From the human T2T-CHM13v2.0 reference genome, Homo sapiens: DNA of 64,000 nucleotides. The notes beneath the pieces are model-generated. The model searched no databases. It had not been told where the DNA came from and saw only the letters and a program-made list of their open reading frames with translations. Positions 30,611 through 48,000 of this stretch are shown one piece after another (within the stretch, counting starts at the first letter, position 1; each line of letters starts with the position of its first letter). The stretch is taken from assembly GCF_009914755.1 (NCBI RefSeq), contig NC_060927.1; one strand, given 5' to 3'. A program made the translations under genes and the position numbers.

Positions 30611-33099
30611 CGAAAGTACCCCAAATATATATTTTATAGTGTACATGAAATATCAAAGTACCCAAGGTATATATTCTATACTGTACAAAAAATATCAAAG
30701 TACCCAAAGCATGTATTACAAACTGTACATAAAATATGAAAGTCTATCAAATATATATTTTATTCTGTACATAAAATATCAAAGTACACCAGATATATAT
30801 TCTATAGTGAACATAAAATATCAAAGTACCCAAACTATACATTATATACTGTACATAAAATATGAAATTACATCAAATATATATTATATTAGGTAAATAA
30901 AATATGAAAGTACATCAAATATAGATTATATACTGTACATTAAGTACCAAAGTACCCCAAATATATATTTTATACTGTACATGATATATCAAAGTTCACA
31001 AACTATATATTATATACTGTACATATAATATGAAAGTACCCAAGGTATATACTCTATACTGTACAAAAAATATCAAAGTACCCAAAGCATGTATTATATA
31101 CTGTACATAAAGTAAGAAAGTACATCAAATATATATTTTATTCTGTACATAAAATATCAAGGTACACCAGATATATATTCTATAGTGTACATAAAATATC
31201 AAAGTACCCAAACTATAAATTATATACTGTACATAAAATATGAAATTACATCAAATATATATTATATTAGGTACATAAAATATGAAAGTACATCAAATAT
31301 AGATTATATACTCTACATTAAATACCAAAGTACCCCAAATATATGTTTTATAGTGTACATGAAATATCAAAGTTCACAAAGTATATATTATATACTGTAC
31401 ATAAAATATCAAAGTACCCAAGGTATATATTCTATACTGTACAAAAGATATCAAAGTACCCAAAGCATGTATTATATACTGTACATAAAATATGAAAGTA
31501 CATCATATATATATTTTATTCTGTACATAAAATATTAAAGTACACCAGATATATATTCTATAGTGTACATAAAATATCAAAGTACCCAAACTATACATTA
31601 TATACTGTACATAAAATATGAAATTACATCAAATATATATTAAGTACATAAAATATGAAAGTACATCAAATATAGATTATATACTGTACATAAAATATCA
31701 ATGTACACCAAATATATATTATATACTCTACATGAAATATCAAAGTTCACAAACTATATATTATATACTGTCCATAAAATATCAAAGTACCCAAGGTATA
31801 TATTCTATACTGTACAAAAAATATCAAAGTAAACAAAGCATGTATTATATACTGTACCTAAAATATGAAAGTACATCAAATATATATTTTATTCTGTACA
31901 TAAAATATCAAAGTACACCAGATATATATTCTATAGTGTATATAAAATATCAAAGTACCCAAACTATACATTATATACTGTACATAAAATATGAAATTAC
32001 ATCAAATATATATTATATTAGGTACATAAAATATGAAAGTACATGAAGTATAGATTATATACTGTACATAAAATATCAAAGTACCCCAAATTTATATTAT
32101 ATACTATACATGAAATATCAAAGTTCACAAACTATATATTATATACTGTACATAAAATATCAAAGTACCCAAGGTATATATTCTATAGTGTACAAAAAAT
32201 ATCAAAGTACGCAAAGCATGTATTATATTCCGTACATAAAATATAAAATTACATCAAATATATATTTTATTCTGTACATAAAATATCAAAGTACACCAGA
32301 TATATATACTATAGTGTACATAAAATATCAAAGTACCCAAACTATACATTATACACTGCACATAAAATATGAAATTACATCAAATATATATTAGGTACAT
32401 AAAATATGAAAGTACATCAAATATAGATTATATACTGTAAATATAATATCAATGTACCCCAAATATATATTTTATACTCTACATGAAATATCAAAGTTCA
32501 CAAACCATATATTATATACTGTACATAAAATATCAAAGTACCCAAGGTATATATTCTATACTGAACAAAAAATATCAAAGTACCCAAAGCATGTATTATA
32601 TACTGTACATAAAATATGAAAGTACATCAAATATATATTTTATTCTGTACATAAAATATCAAAGTACACCAGATATATATTCTATAGTGTACATAAAATA
32701 TCAAAGTACCCAAACTATACATTATATACTGTACATAAAATATGAAATTACATCAAATATATATTATATTAGGTACATGAAATATGAAAGTACATCAAAT
32801 ATAGATTATATACTGTACATAAAATATGAAAGTACCCCAAATATATATTATATACTCTACATGAAATATCAAAGTTCACAAACTATATATTATATACTGT
32901 ACATAAAATATCAAAGTACCCAAGGTATATATTCTATACTGTACAAAAAATATCAAAGTATCCAAAGCATGTATTATATACTGTATATAAAATATGAAAG
33001 TACATCAAATATATATTTTATTCTGTACATAAAATATCAAAGTACACCAGATATATATTCTATAGTGTACATAAAATATCAAAGTACCCAAACTATACA

Positions 33100-36000
33100 T
33101 TATATACTGTACATAAAATATGAAATTACAGCAAATATATATTATATTAGGTACATAAAATATGAAAGTACATCAAATATAGATTATATACTGTACATTA
33201 AATACCAAAGTACCCCAAATATATATTTTATACTGTACATGAAATATCAAAGTTCACAAACTATATATTATATACTGTACATAAAATATCAATGTACCCA
33301 AGGTATATATTCTATACTGCACAAAAAATATCAAAGTACCCAAAGCATGTATTATATACTGTATATAAAATATGAAAGTACATCAAATATATATTTTATT
33401 CTGTACATAAAATATCAAAGTACACCAGATATATATTCTATAGTGTACATAAAATAACAAAGTACACAAACTATAAATTATATCCTGTACATAAAATATG
33501 AAATTACATCAAATATATATTAGGTACATAAAATATGAAAGTACATCAAATATAGATTATATACTGTACATTAAGTACCAAAGTACACCAAATATATATT
33601 TTATACTCTACATGAAATATCAAAGTTCACAAACCATATATTATATACTGTGCATAAAATATCAAAGTACCCAAGGTATATATTCTATACTGTACAAAAA
33701 ATATCAAAGTACCCAAAGCATGTATTATATACTATACATAAAATATGAAATTACATCAAATATATATTTTATTCTGTACATAAAATATCAAAGTACACCA
33801 GATATATATTCTATAGTGTACATAAAATATCAAAGTACCCAAACTATACATTATATACTGTACATAAAATGTGAAATTACATCAAATATATATTATATTA
33901 GGTACATAAAATATGAAAGTACATCAAATATAGATTATATACTGTACATTAAATACCAATATACCCCAAATATATATTTTATACTGTACATGAAATATCA
34001 AAGTTCACACACTATATATTATATACTGTACATAAAATATCAAAGTACCCAAGGTATATATTCTATACTGTACAAAAAATATCAAAGTACCCAAAGCATG
34101 TATTATATACTGTACATAAAATATGAAAGTACATCAAATATATATTTTATTCTGTACATAAAATATCAAAGTACACCAGATATATATTCTATAGTGTACA
34201 TAAAATATCAAAGTACCCAAACTATACATTATATACTGTACATAAAATATGAAATTACATCAAATATATATTATATTAGGTACATAAAATAAGAAAGTAC
34301 ATCAAATATAGATTATATACTGTACATAAAATATCAAAGTACCCCAAATATATATTATATACTCTACATGAAATATCAAAGTTCACAAACTATATATTAT
34401 ATACTGTACATAAAATATCAAAGTACCCAAGGTATATATTCTATACTGTACAAAAAATATCAAAGTATCCAAAGCATGTTTTATATACTGTATATAAAAT
34501 ATGAAAGTACATTAAAGATATATTTTATTCTGTACATAAAATATCAAAATACACCAGATATATATTCTATAGTGTACATAAAATAACAAAGTACACAAAT
34601 TATAAATTATATACTGTACATAAAATATGAAATTACATCAAATATATATTAGGTACATAAAATATGAAAGTACATCAAATATAGATTATATACTGTACAT
34701 ATAATATCAATGTACCCCAAATATATATTTTATACTCTACATGAAATATCAAAGTTCACAAACCATACATTATATACTGTACATAAAATATCAAAGTACC
34801 CAAGTTATATATTCTATACTGTACAAAAGATATCAAAGTACCCAAAGCATGTATTATATACTGTATATAAAAGATGAAAGTACATCAAATATATATTATA
34901 TACTGTACATAAAATATCAAAGTACACAAGATATATATTTTATAGTGTACATAAAATATCAAAGTACCCAAACTATACATTATATACTGTACATAAAATA
35001 TGAGATTACATCAAATATATATTATATTAGGTACATAAAATATGAAAGTACATCAGATATAGATTATATACTGTACATAAAATATCAAAGTACCCCAAAT
35101 ATATATTATATACTCTACATGAAATATCAAAGTTCACAAACTATATATTATATACTGTACATAAAATATCAAAGTACCCAAGGTATATATTCTATACTGT
35201 ACAAAAAATATCAAAATACCCAAAGCATGTATTATATACTGTATATAAAATATGAAAATACATTAAATATATATTTTATTCTGTACATAAAATATCAAAG
35301 TACACCAGATATATATTCTATAGTGTACATAAAATAACAAAGTACACAAACTATAAATTATATACTGTACATAAAATATGAAATTACATCAAATATATAT
35401 TAGGTACATAAAATATGAAAGTACATCAAATATAGATTATATACTGTACATATAATATCAATGTACCCCAAATATATATTTTATACTCTACATGAAATAT
35501 CAAAGTTCACAAACCATACATTATATACTTTCCATAAAATATCAAAGTACCCATGGCATATATTCTATACTGTACAAAAGATATCAAAGTACCCAAAGCA
35601 TGTATTATATACTGTACATAAAATATGAAAGTACATCAAATATATATTTTATTCTGTACATAAAATATCAAAGTACACCAGATATATATTCTATAGTGTA
35701 CATAAAATATCAAAGTACCCAAACTATATATTATATACTGTACATAAAATATGAAATTACATCAAATATGTATTATATTAGGTACATAAAATATGAAAGT
35801 ACATCAAATATAGATTATATACCATACATAAAATATCAAAGTACCCCAAATATATATTATATACTATACATGAAATATCAAATATCACAAACTATATATT
35901 ATATACTGTACATAAAATATCAAAGTACCCAATGTATATATTCTATAGTGTACAAAAAATATCAAAGTACCCAAAGCATGTATTATATACTGTACATAAA

Positions 36001-39000
36001 ATATAAAAGTACATCAAATATATATTTTATTCTGTACATAAAATATGAAAGTACACCAGATATATATTCTATAGTGTACATAAAATATCAAAGTACCCAA
36101 ACTATACATTATATACTGTACATAAAATATGAAATTACATCAAATATATATTATATTAGGTACTTAAAATATGAAAGTACATCAAATATAGATTATATAC
36201 TGTACATAAAATATCAAAGTACCCCAAATATATATTATATACTCTACATGAAATATCAAAGTTCACAAACTATATATTATATACTGTACATAAAATATCA
36301 AAGTACCCAAGGTATATATTCTATACTGTACAAAAAATATCAAAGTATCCAAAGCATGTTTTATATACTGTATATAAAATATGAAAGTACATTAAAGATA
36401 TATTTTATTCTGTACATAAAATATCAAAGTACACCAGATATATATTCTATAGTGTACATAAAATAACAAAGTACCCAAACTATAAATTATATACTGTACA
36501 TAAAATATGAAATTACATCAAATATATATTAGGTACATAAAATATGAAAGTACATCAAATATAGATTATATACTGTACATATAATATCAATGTACCCCAA
36601 ATATATATTTTATACTCTACATGAAATATCAAAGTTCACAAACCATACATTATATACTGTACATAAAATATCAAAGTACCCAAGTTATATATTCTATACT
36701 GTACAAAAGATATCAAAGTACCCAAAGCATGTATTATATACTGTATATAAAATATGAAAGTACATCAAATATATATTATATACTGTACATAAAATATCAA
36801 AGTACACCAGATATATATTTTATAGTGTACATAAAATATCAAAGTACCCAAACTATACATTATATACTGTACATAAAATATGAGATTACATCAAATATAT
36901 ATTATATTAGGTACATAAAATATGAAAGTACATCAGATATAGATTATATACTGTACATAAAATATCAAAATACCCCAAATATATATTATATACTCTACAT
37001 GAAATATCAAAGTTCACAAACTATATATTATATACTGTACATAAAATATCAAAGTACCCAAGGTATATATTCTATACTGTACAAAAAATATCAAAATACC
37101 CAAAGCATGTATTATATACTGTATATAAAATATGAAAGTACATCAAATATATATTTTATTCTGTACATAAAATATCAAAGTACACCAGATATATATTCTA
37201 TAGTGTACATAAAATATCAAAGTACCCAAACTATACATTATATACTGTACATAAAATATGAAATTACAGCAAATATATATTATATTAGGTACATAAAATA
37301 TGAAAGTACATCAAATATAGATTATATACTGTACATTAAATACCAAAGTACCCCAAATATATATTTTATACTGTACATGAAATATCAAAGTTCACAAACT
37401 ATATATTATATACTGTACATAAAATATCAATGTACCCAAGGTATATATTCTATACTGCACAAAAAATATCAAAGTACCCAAAGCATGTATTATATACTGT
37501 ATATAAAATATGAAAGTACATCAAATATATATTTTATTCTGTACATAAAATATCAAAGTACACCAGATATATATTCTATAGTGTACATAAAATATCAAAG
37601 TACCCAAACTATACATTATATACTGTACATAAAATATGAAATTACGTCAAATATATATTATATTAGGTACATAAAATACGAAAGTACATCAAATATAGAT
37701 TATATACTGTACATAAAATATCAAAGTACCCCAATATATATTATATACTGTACATGAAATATCAAAGTTCACAAACTATATATTATGTACTGTACATAAA
37801 ATATCAAAGTACCCAAGGTATATATTCTATACTGTACAAAAAATATCAAAGTACCCAAAGCATGTATTATATAATGTACATAAAATATGAAAGTACATCA
37901 AATATATATTTTATTCTGTACATAAAATATCAAAGAACACCAGATATATATTCTATAGTGTACATAAAATATCAAAGTACCCAAACTATACATTATATAC
38001 TGTACATAAAATATGAAATTACATCATATATATATTAGGTACATAAAATATGAAAGTACATCAAATATATATTTTATTCTGTACATAAAATATCAAAGTA
38101 CACCAGATATATATTCTATAGTGTACATAAAATAACAAAGTACACAAACTATAAATTATATACTGTACATAAAATATGAAATTACATCAAATATATATTA
38201 GGTACATAAAATACGAAAGTACATCAAATATAGATTATATACTGTACATATAATATCAATGTACCCGAAATATATATTTTATACTCTACATGAAATATCA
38301 AAGTTCACAAACCATATATTGTATACTGCACATAAAATATCAAAATACCCAAGGTATATATTCTATACTGTACAAAAAATATCAAAGTACCCAAAGCATG
38401 TATTATATACTGTACATAAAATATGAAAGTACATCAAATATATATTTTATTCTGTACATAAAATATCAAAGTACACCACATATATATTCTATAGTGTACA
38501 TAAAATATCAAAGTACCCAAACTATATATTATATACAGTACATAAAATATGAAATTACATCAAATATGTATTATATTAGGTACATAAAATATGAAAGTAC
38601 ATCAAATATAGATTATATACCGTACATAAAATATCAAAGTACCCCAAATATATATTATATACTATACATGAAATATCAAATATCACAAACTATATATTAT
38701 ATACTGTACATAAAATATCAAAGTACCCAATGTATATATTCTATAGTGTACAAAAAATATCAAAGTACCCAAAGCATGTATTATATACTGTACATAAAAT
38801 ATAAAAGTACATCAAATATATATTTTATTCTGTACATAAAATATGAAAGTACACCAGATATATATTCTATAGTGTACATAAAATATCAAAGTACCCAAAC
38901 TATACATTATATACTGTACATAAAATATGAAATTACATCAAATATATATTATATTAGGTACTTAAAATATGAAAGTACATCAAATATAGATTATATACTG

Positions 39001-42000
39001 TACATAAAATATCAAAGTACCACAAATATATATTATATACTGTACATGAAATATCAAAGTTCACAACTATATATTATATACTGTACATAAAATATCAAAG
39101 TCCCCAAGGTATATATTCTATACTGTACAAAAAATATCAAAGTACACAAAGCATGTATTATATACTGTACATAAAATATGAAATTACATCAAATATATAT
39201 TATATTAGGTACATAAAATATGAAAGTACATCAAATATAGATTATATACTGTACATAAAATATCAAAGTACCCCAAATATATATTATATACTGTACATGT
39301 AATATCAAAGTTCACAACTATATATTACATACTGTACATAAAATATCAAAGTACCCAAGGTATATATTCTATACTGTACAAAAAATATCAAAGTACCCAA
39401 AGCATGTATTATATACTGTACATAAAATATGAAAGTACATCAAATATATATTTTATTCTGTACATAAAATATCAAAGTACACCAGATATATATTCTATAG
39501 TGTATATAAAATATCAAAGTACCCAAACTATACATTATATACTGTACATAAAATATGAAATTACATCAAATATATATTATATTAGGTACATAAAATATGA
39601 AAGTACATGAAGTATAGATTATATACTGTACATAAAATATCAAAGTACCCCAAATTTATATTATATACTATACATGAAATATCAAAGTTCACAAACTATA
39701 TATTATATACTGTACATAAAATATCAAAGTACCCAAGGTATATATTCTATAGTGTACAAAAAATATCAAAGTACCCAAAGCATGTATTATATACCGTACA
39801 TAAAATATAAAATTACATCAAATATATATTTTATTCTGTACATAAAATATCAAAGTACACCAGATATATATTCTATAGAGTACATAAAATATCAAAGTAC
39901 CCAAACTATACATTACATACTGTACATAAAATATGAAATTACATCAAATATATATTATAATAGGTACATAAAATATGAAAGTACATCAAATATAGATTAT
40001 ATACTGTACATTAAATACGAAAGTACCCCAAATATATATTTTATAGTGTACATGAAATATCAAAGTACCCAAGGTATATATTCTATACTGTACAAAAAAT
40101 ATCAAAGTACCCAAAGCATGTATTACAAACTGTACATAAAATATGAAAGTCCATCAAATATATATTTTATTCTGTACATAAAATATCAAAGTACACCAGA
40201 TATATATTCTATAGTGAACATAAAATATCAAAGTACCCAAACTATACATTATATACTGTACATAAAATATGAAATTACATCAAATATATATTATATTAGG
40301 TAAATAAAATATGAAAGTACATCAAATATAGATTATATACTGTACATTAAGTACCAAAGTACCCCAAATATATATTTTATACTGTACATGAAATATCAAA
40401 GTTCACAAACTATATATTATATACTGTACATAAAATATGAAAGTACCCAAGGTATATACTCTATACTGTACAAAAAATATCAAAGTACCCAAAGCATGTA
40501 TTATATACTGTACATAAAGTAAGAAAGTACATCAAATATATATTTTATTCTGTACATAAAATATCAAGGTACACCAGATATATATTCTATAGTGTACATA
40601 AAATATCAAAGTACCCAAACTATAAATTATATACTGTACATAAAATATGAAATTACATCAAATATATATTATATTAGGTACATAAAATATGAAAGTACAT
40701 CAAATATAGATTATATACTCTACATTAAATACCAAAGTACCCCAAATATATGTTTTATACTGTACATGAAATATCAAAGTTCACAAAGTATATATTATAT
40801 ACTGTACATAAAATATCAAAGTACCCAAGGTATATATTCTATACTGTACAAAAGATATCAAAGTACCCAAAGCATGTATTATATACTGTACATAAAATAT
40901 GAAAGTACATCATATATATATTTTATTCTGTACATAAAATATTAAAGTACACCAGATATATATTCTATAGTGTACATAAAATATCAAAGTACCCAAACTA
41001 TACATTATATACTGTACATAAAATATGAAATTACATCAAATATATATTAAGTACATAAAATATGAAAGTACATCAAATATAGATTATATACTGTACATAA
41101 AATATCAATGTACACCAAATATATATTATATACTCTACATGAAATATCAAAGTTCACAAACTATATATTATATACTGTCCATAAAATATCAAAGTACCCA
41201 AGGTATATATTCTATACTGTACAAAAAATATCAAAGTAAACAAAGCATGTATTATATACTGTACCTAAAATATGAAAGTACATCAAATATATATTTTATT
41301 CTGTACATAAAATATCAAAGTACACCAGATATATATTCTATAGTGTATATAAAATATCAAAGTACCCAAACTATACATTATATACTGTACATAAAATATG
41401 AAATTACATCAAATATATATTATATTAGGTACATAAAATATGAAAGTACATGAAGTATAGATTATATACTGTACATAAAATATCAAAGTACCCCAAATTT
41501 ATATTATATACTATACATGAAATATCAAAGTTCACAAACTATATATTATATACTGTACATAAAATATCAAAGTACCCAAGGTATATATTCTATAGTGTAC
41601 AAAAAATATCAAAGTACGCAAAGCATGTATTATATACCGTACATAAAATATAAAATTACATCAAATATATATTTTATTCTGTACATAAAATATCAAAGTA
41701 CACCAGATATATATACTATAGTGTACATAAAATATCAAAGTACCCAAACTATACATTATACACTGCACATAAAATATGAAATTACATCAAATATATATTA
41801 GGTACATAAAATATGAAAGTACATCAAATATAGATTATATACTGTAAATATAATATCAATGTACCCCAAATATATATTTTATACTCTACATGAAATATCA
41901 AAGTTCACAAACCATATATTATATACTGTACATAAAATATCAAAGTACCCAAGGTATATATTCTATACTGTACAAAAAATATCAAAGTACCCAAAGCATG

Positions 42001-45000
42001 TATTATATACTGTACATAAAATATGAAAGTACATCAAATATATATTTTATTCTGTACATAAAATATCAAAGTACACCAGATATATATTCTATAGTGTACA
42101 TAAAATATCAAAGTACCCAAACTATACATTATATACTGTACATAAAATATGAAATTACATCAAATATATATTATATTAGGTACATGAAATTTGAAAGTAC
42201 ATCAAATATAGATTATATACTGTACATTAAATACCAAAGTACCCCAAATATATATTTTATACTGTACATGAAATATCAAAGTTCACAAACTATATATTAT
42301 ATACTGTACATAAAATATCAATGTACCGAAGGTATATATTCTATACTGCACAAAAAATATCAAAGTACCCAAAGCATGTATTATATACTGTATATAAAAT
42401 ATGAAAGTACATCAAATATATATTTTATTCTGTACATAAAATATCAAAGTACACCAGACATATATACTATAGTGTACATAAAATATCAAAGTACCCAAAC
42501 TATACATTATACACTGTACATAAAATATGAAATTACATCAAATATATATTAGGTACATAAAATATGAAAGTACATCAAATATAGATTATATACTGTAAAT
42601 ATAATATCAATGTACCCCAAATATATATTTTATACTCTATATGAAATATCAAATTTCACAAACCATATATTATATACTGTACATAAAATATCAAAGTACC
42701 AGAGGTATATATTCTATACTGTACAAAAAATATCAAAGTACCCAAAGCATGTATTATATATTGTACATAAAATATGAAAGTACATCAAATATATATTTTA
42801 TTCTGTACATAAAATATCAAAGTACACCAGATATATATTCTATAGTGTACATAAAATATCAAAGTACCCAAACTATACATTATATACTGTACATAAAATA
42901 TGAAATTATATCAAATATATATTATATTAGGTACATGAAATATGAAAGTACATCAAATATAGATTATATACTGTACATAAAATATGAAAGTACCCCAAAT
43001 ATATATTATATACTCTACATGAAATATCAAAGTTCACAAACTATATATTATATACTGTACATAAAATATCAAAGTACCCAAGGTATATATTCTATACTGT
43101 ACAAAAAATATCAAAGTATCCAAAGCAGGTATTATATACTGTATATAAAATATGAAAGTACATCAAATATATATTTTATTCTGTACATAAAATATCAAAG
43201 TACACCAGATATATATTCTATAGTGTACATAAAATATCAAGGTACCCAAACTATATATTATATACTGTACATAAAATATGAAATTACAGCAAATATATAT
43301 TATATTAGGTACATAAAATATGAAAGTACATCAAATATAGATTATATACTGTACATTAAATACCAAAGTACCCCAAATATATATTTTATACTGTACATGA
43401 AATATCAAAGTTCACAAACTATATATTATATACTGTACATAAAATATCAATGTACCCAAGGTATATATTCTATACTGCACAAAAAATATCAAAGTACCCA
43501 AAGCATGTATTATATACTGTATATAAAATATGAAAGTACATCAAATATATATTTTATTCTGTACATAAAATATCAAAGTACACCAGATATATATTCTATA
43601 GTGTACATAAAATAACAAAGTACACAAACTATAAATTATATCCTGTACATAAAATATGAAATTACATCAAATATATATTAGGTACATAAAATATGAAAGT
43701 ACATCAAATATAGATTATATACTGTACATTAAGTACCAAAGTACACCAAATATATATTTTATACTCTACATGAAATATCAAAGTTCACAACCATATATTA
43801 TATACTGTGCATAAAATATCAAAGTACCCAAGGTATATATTCTATACTGTACAAAAAATATCAAAGTACCCAAAGCATGTATTATATACTATACATAAAA
43901 TATGAAATTACATCAAATATATATTTTATTCTGTACATAAAATATCAAAGTACACCAGATATATATTCTATAGTGTACATAAAATATCAAAGTACCCAAA
44001 CTATACATTATATACTGTACATAAAATGTGAAATTACATCAAATATATATTATATTAGGTACATAAAATATGAAAGTACATCAAATATAGATTATATACT
44101 GTACATTAAATACCAATATACCCCAAATATATATTTTATACTGTACATGAAATATCAAAGTTCACACACTATATATTATATACTGTACATAAAATATCAA
44201 AGTACCCAAGGTATATATTCTATACTGTACAAAAAACATCAAAGTACCCAAAGCATGTATTATATACTGTACATAAAATATGAAAGTACATCAAATATAT
44301 ATTTTATTCTGTACATAAAATATCAAAGTACACCAGATATATATTCTATAGTGTACATAAAATATCAAAGTACCCAAACTATACATTATATACTGTACAT
44401 AAAATATGAAATTACATCAAATATATATTATATTAGGTACATAAAATAAGAAAGTACATCAAATATAGATTATATACTGTACATAAAATATCAAAGTACC
44501 CCAAATATATATTATATACTCTACAAGAAATATCAAAGTTCACAAACTATATATTATATACTGTACATAAAATATCAAAGTACCCAAGGTATATATTCTA
44601 TACTGTACAAAAAATATCAAAGTATCCAAAGCATGTTTTATATACTGTATATAAAATATGAAAGTACATTAAAGATATATTTTATTCTGTACATAAAATA
44701 TCAAAATACACCAGATATATATTCTATAGTGTACATAAAATAACAAAGTACACAAATTATAAATTATATACTGTACATAAAATATGAAATTACATCAAAT
44801 ATATATTAGGTACATAAAATATGAAAGTACATCAAATATAGATTATATACTGTACATATAATATCAATGTACCCCAAATATATATTTTATACTCTACATG
44901 AAATATCAAAGTTCACAAACCATACATTATATACTGTACATAAAATATCAAAGTACCCAAGTTATATATTCTATACTGTACAAAAGATATCAAAGTACCC

Positions 45001-48000
45001 AAAGCATGTATTATATACTGTATATAAAATATGAAAGTACATCAAATATATATTATATACTGTACATAAAATATCAAAGTACACCAGATATATATTTTAT
45101 AGTGTACATAAAATATCAAAGTACCCAAACTATACATTATATACTGTACATAAAATATGAGATTACATCAAATATATATTATATTAGGTACATAAAATAT
45201 GAAAGTACATCAGATATAGATTATATACTGTACATAAAATATCAAAGTACCCCAAATATATATTATATACTCTACATGAAATATCAAAGTTCACAAACTA
45301 TATATTATATACTGTACATAAAATATCAAAGTACCCAAGGTATATATTCTATACTGTACAAAAAATATCAAAATACCCAAAGCATGTATTATATACTGTA
45401 TATAAAATATGAAAATACATTAAATATATATTTTATTCTGTACATAAAATATCAAAGTACACCAGATATATATTCTATAGTGTACATAAAATAACAAAGT
45501 ACACAAACTATAAATTATATACTGTACATAAAATATGAAATTACATCAAATATATATTAGGTACATAAAATATGAAAGTACATCAAATATAGATTATATA
45601 CTGTACATATAATATCAATGTACCCCAAATATATATTTTATACTCTACATGAAATATCAAAGTTCACAAACCATACATTATATACTTTCCATAAAATATC
45701 AAAGTACCCATGGCATATATTCTATACTGTACAAAAGATATCAAAGTACCCAAAGCATGTATTATATACTGTACATAAAATATGAAAGTACATCAAATAT
45801 ATATTTTATTCTGTACATAAAATATCAAAGTACACCACATATATATTCTATAGTGTACATAAAATATCAAAGTACCCAAACTATATATTATATACTGTAC
45901 ATAAAATATGAAATTACATCAAATATGTATTATATTAGGTACATAAAATATGAAAGTACATCAAATATAGATTATATACCATACATAAAATATCAAAGTA
46001 CCCCAAATATATATTATATACTATACATGAAATATCAAATATCACAAACTATATATTATATACTGTACATAAAATATCAAAGTACCCAATGTATATATTC
46101 TATAGTGTACAAAAAATATCAAAGTACCCAAAGCATGTATTATATACTGTACATAAAATATAAAAGTACATCAAATATATATTTTATTCTGTACATAAAA
46201 TATGAAAGTACACCAGATATATATTCTATAGTGTACATAAAATATCAAAGTACCCAAACTATACATTATATACTGTACATAAAATATGAAATTACATCAA
46301 ATATATATTATATTAGGTACTTAAAATATGAAAGTACATCAAATATAGATTATATACTGTACATAAAATATCAAAGTACCCCAAATATATATTATATACT
46401 CTACATGAAATATCAAAGTTCACAAACTATATATTATATACTGTACATAAAATATCAAAGTACCCAAGGTATATATTCTATACTGTACAAAAAATATCAA
46501 AGTATCCAAAGCATGTTTTATATACTGTATATAAAATATGAAAGTACATTAAAGATATATTTTATTGTGTACATAAAATATCAAAATACACCAGATATAT
46601 ATTCTATAGTGTACATAAAATAACAAAGTACAGAAACTATAAATTATATACTGTACATAAAATATGAAATTACATCAAATATATATTAGGTACATAAAAT
46701 ATGAAAGTACATCAAATATAGATTATATACTGTACATATAATATCAATGTACCCCAAATATATATTTTATACTCTACATGAAATATCAAAGTTCACAAAC
46801 CATACATTATATACTGTACATAAAATATCAAAGTACCCAAGTTATATATTCTATACTGTACAAAAGATATCAAAGTACCCAAAGCATGTATTATATACTG
46901 TATATAAAATATGAAAGTACATCAAATATATATTATATACTGTACATAAAATATCAAAGTACACCAGATATATATTTTATAGTGTACATAAAATATCAAA
47001 GTACCCAAACTATACATTATATACTGTACATAAAATATGAGATTACATCAAATATATATTATATTAGGTACATAAAATATGAAAGTACATCAGATATAGA
47101 TTATATACTGTACATAAAATATCAAAGTACCCCAAATATATATTATATACTCTACATGAAATATCAAAGTTCACAAACTATATATTATATACTGTACATA
47201 AAATATCAAAGTACCCAAGGTATATATTCTATACTGTACAAAAAATATCAAAATACCCAAAGCATGTATTATATACTGTATATAAAATATGAAAGTACAT
47301 CAAATATATATTTTATTCTGTACATAAAATATCAAAGTACACCAGATATATATTCTATAGTGTACATAAAATATCAAAGTACCCAAACTATACATTATAT
47401 ACTGTACATAAAATATGAAATTACAGCAAATATATATTATATTAGGTACATAAAATATGAAAGTACATCAAATATAGATTATATACTGTACATTAAATAC
47501 CAAAGTACCCCAAATATATATTTTATACTGTACATGAAATATCAAAGTTCACAAACTATATATTATATACTGTACATAAAATATCAATGTACCCAAGGTA
47601 TATATTCTATACTGCACAAAAAATATCAAAGTACCCAAAGCATGTATTATATACTGTATATAAAATATGAAAGTACATCAAATATATATTTTATTCTGTA
47701 CATAAAATATCAAAGTACACCAGATATATATTCTATAGTGTACATAAAATATCAAAGTACCCAAACTATACATTATATACTGTACATAAAATATGAAATT
47801 ACGTCAAATATATATTATATTAGGTACATAAAATACGAAAGTACATCAAATATAGATTATATACTGTACATAAAATATCAAAGTACCCCAATATATATTA
47901 TATACTGTACATGAAATATCAAAGTTCACAAACTATATATTATGTACTGTACATAAAATATCAAAGTACCCAAGGTATATATTCTATACTGTACAAAAAA

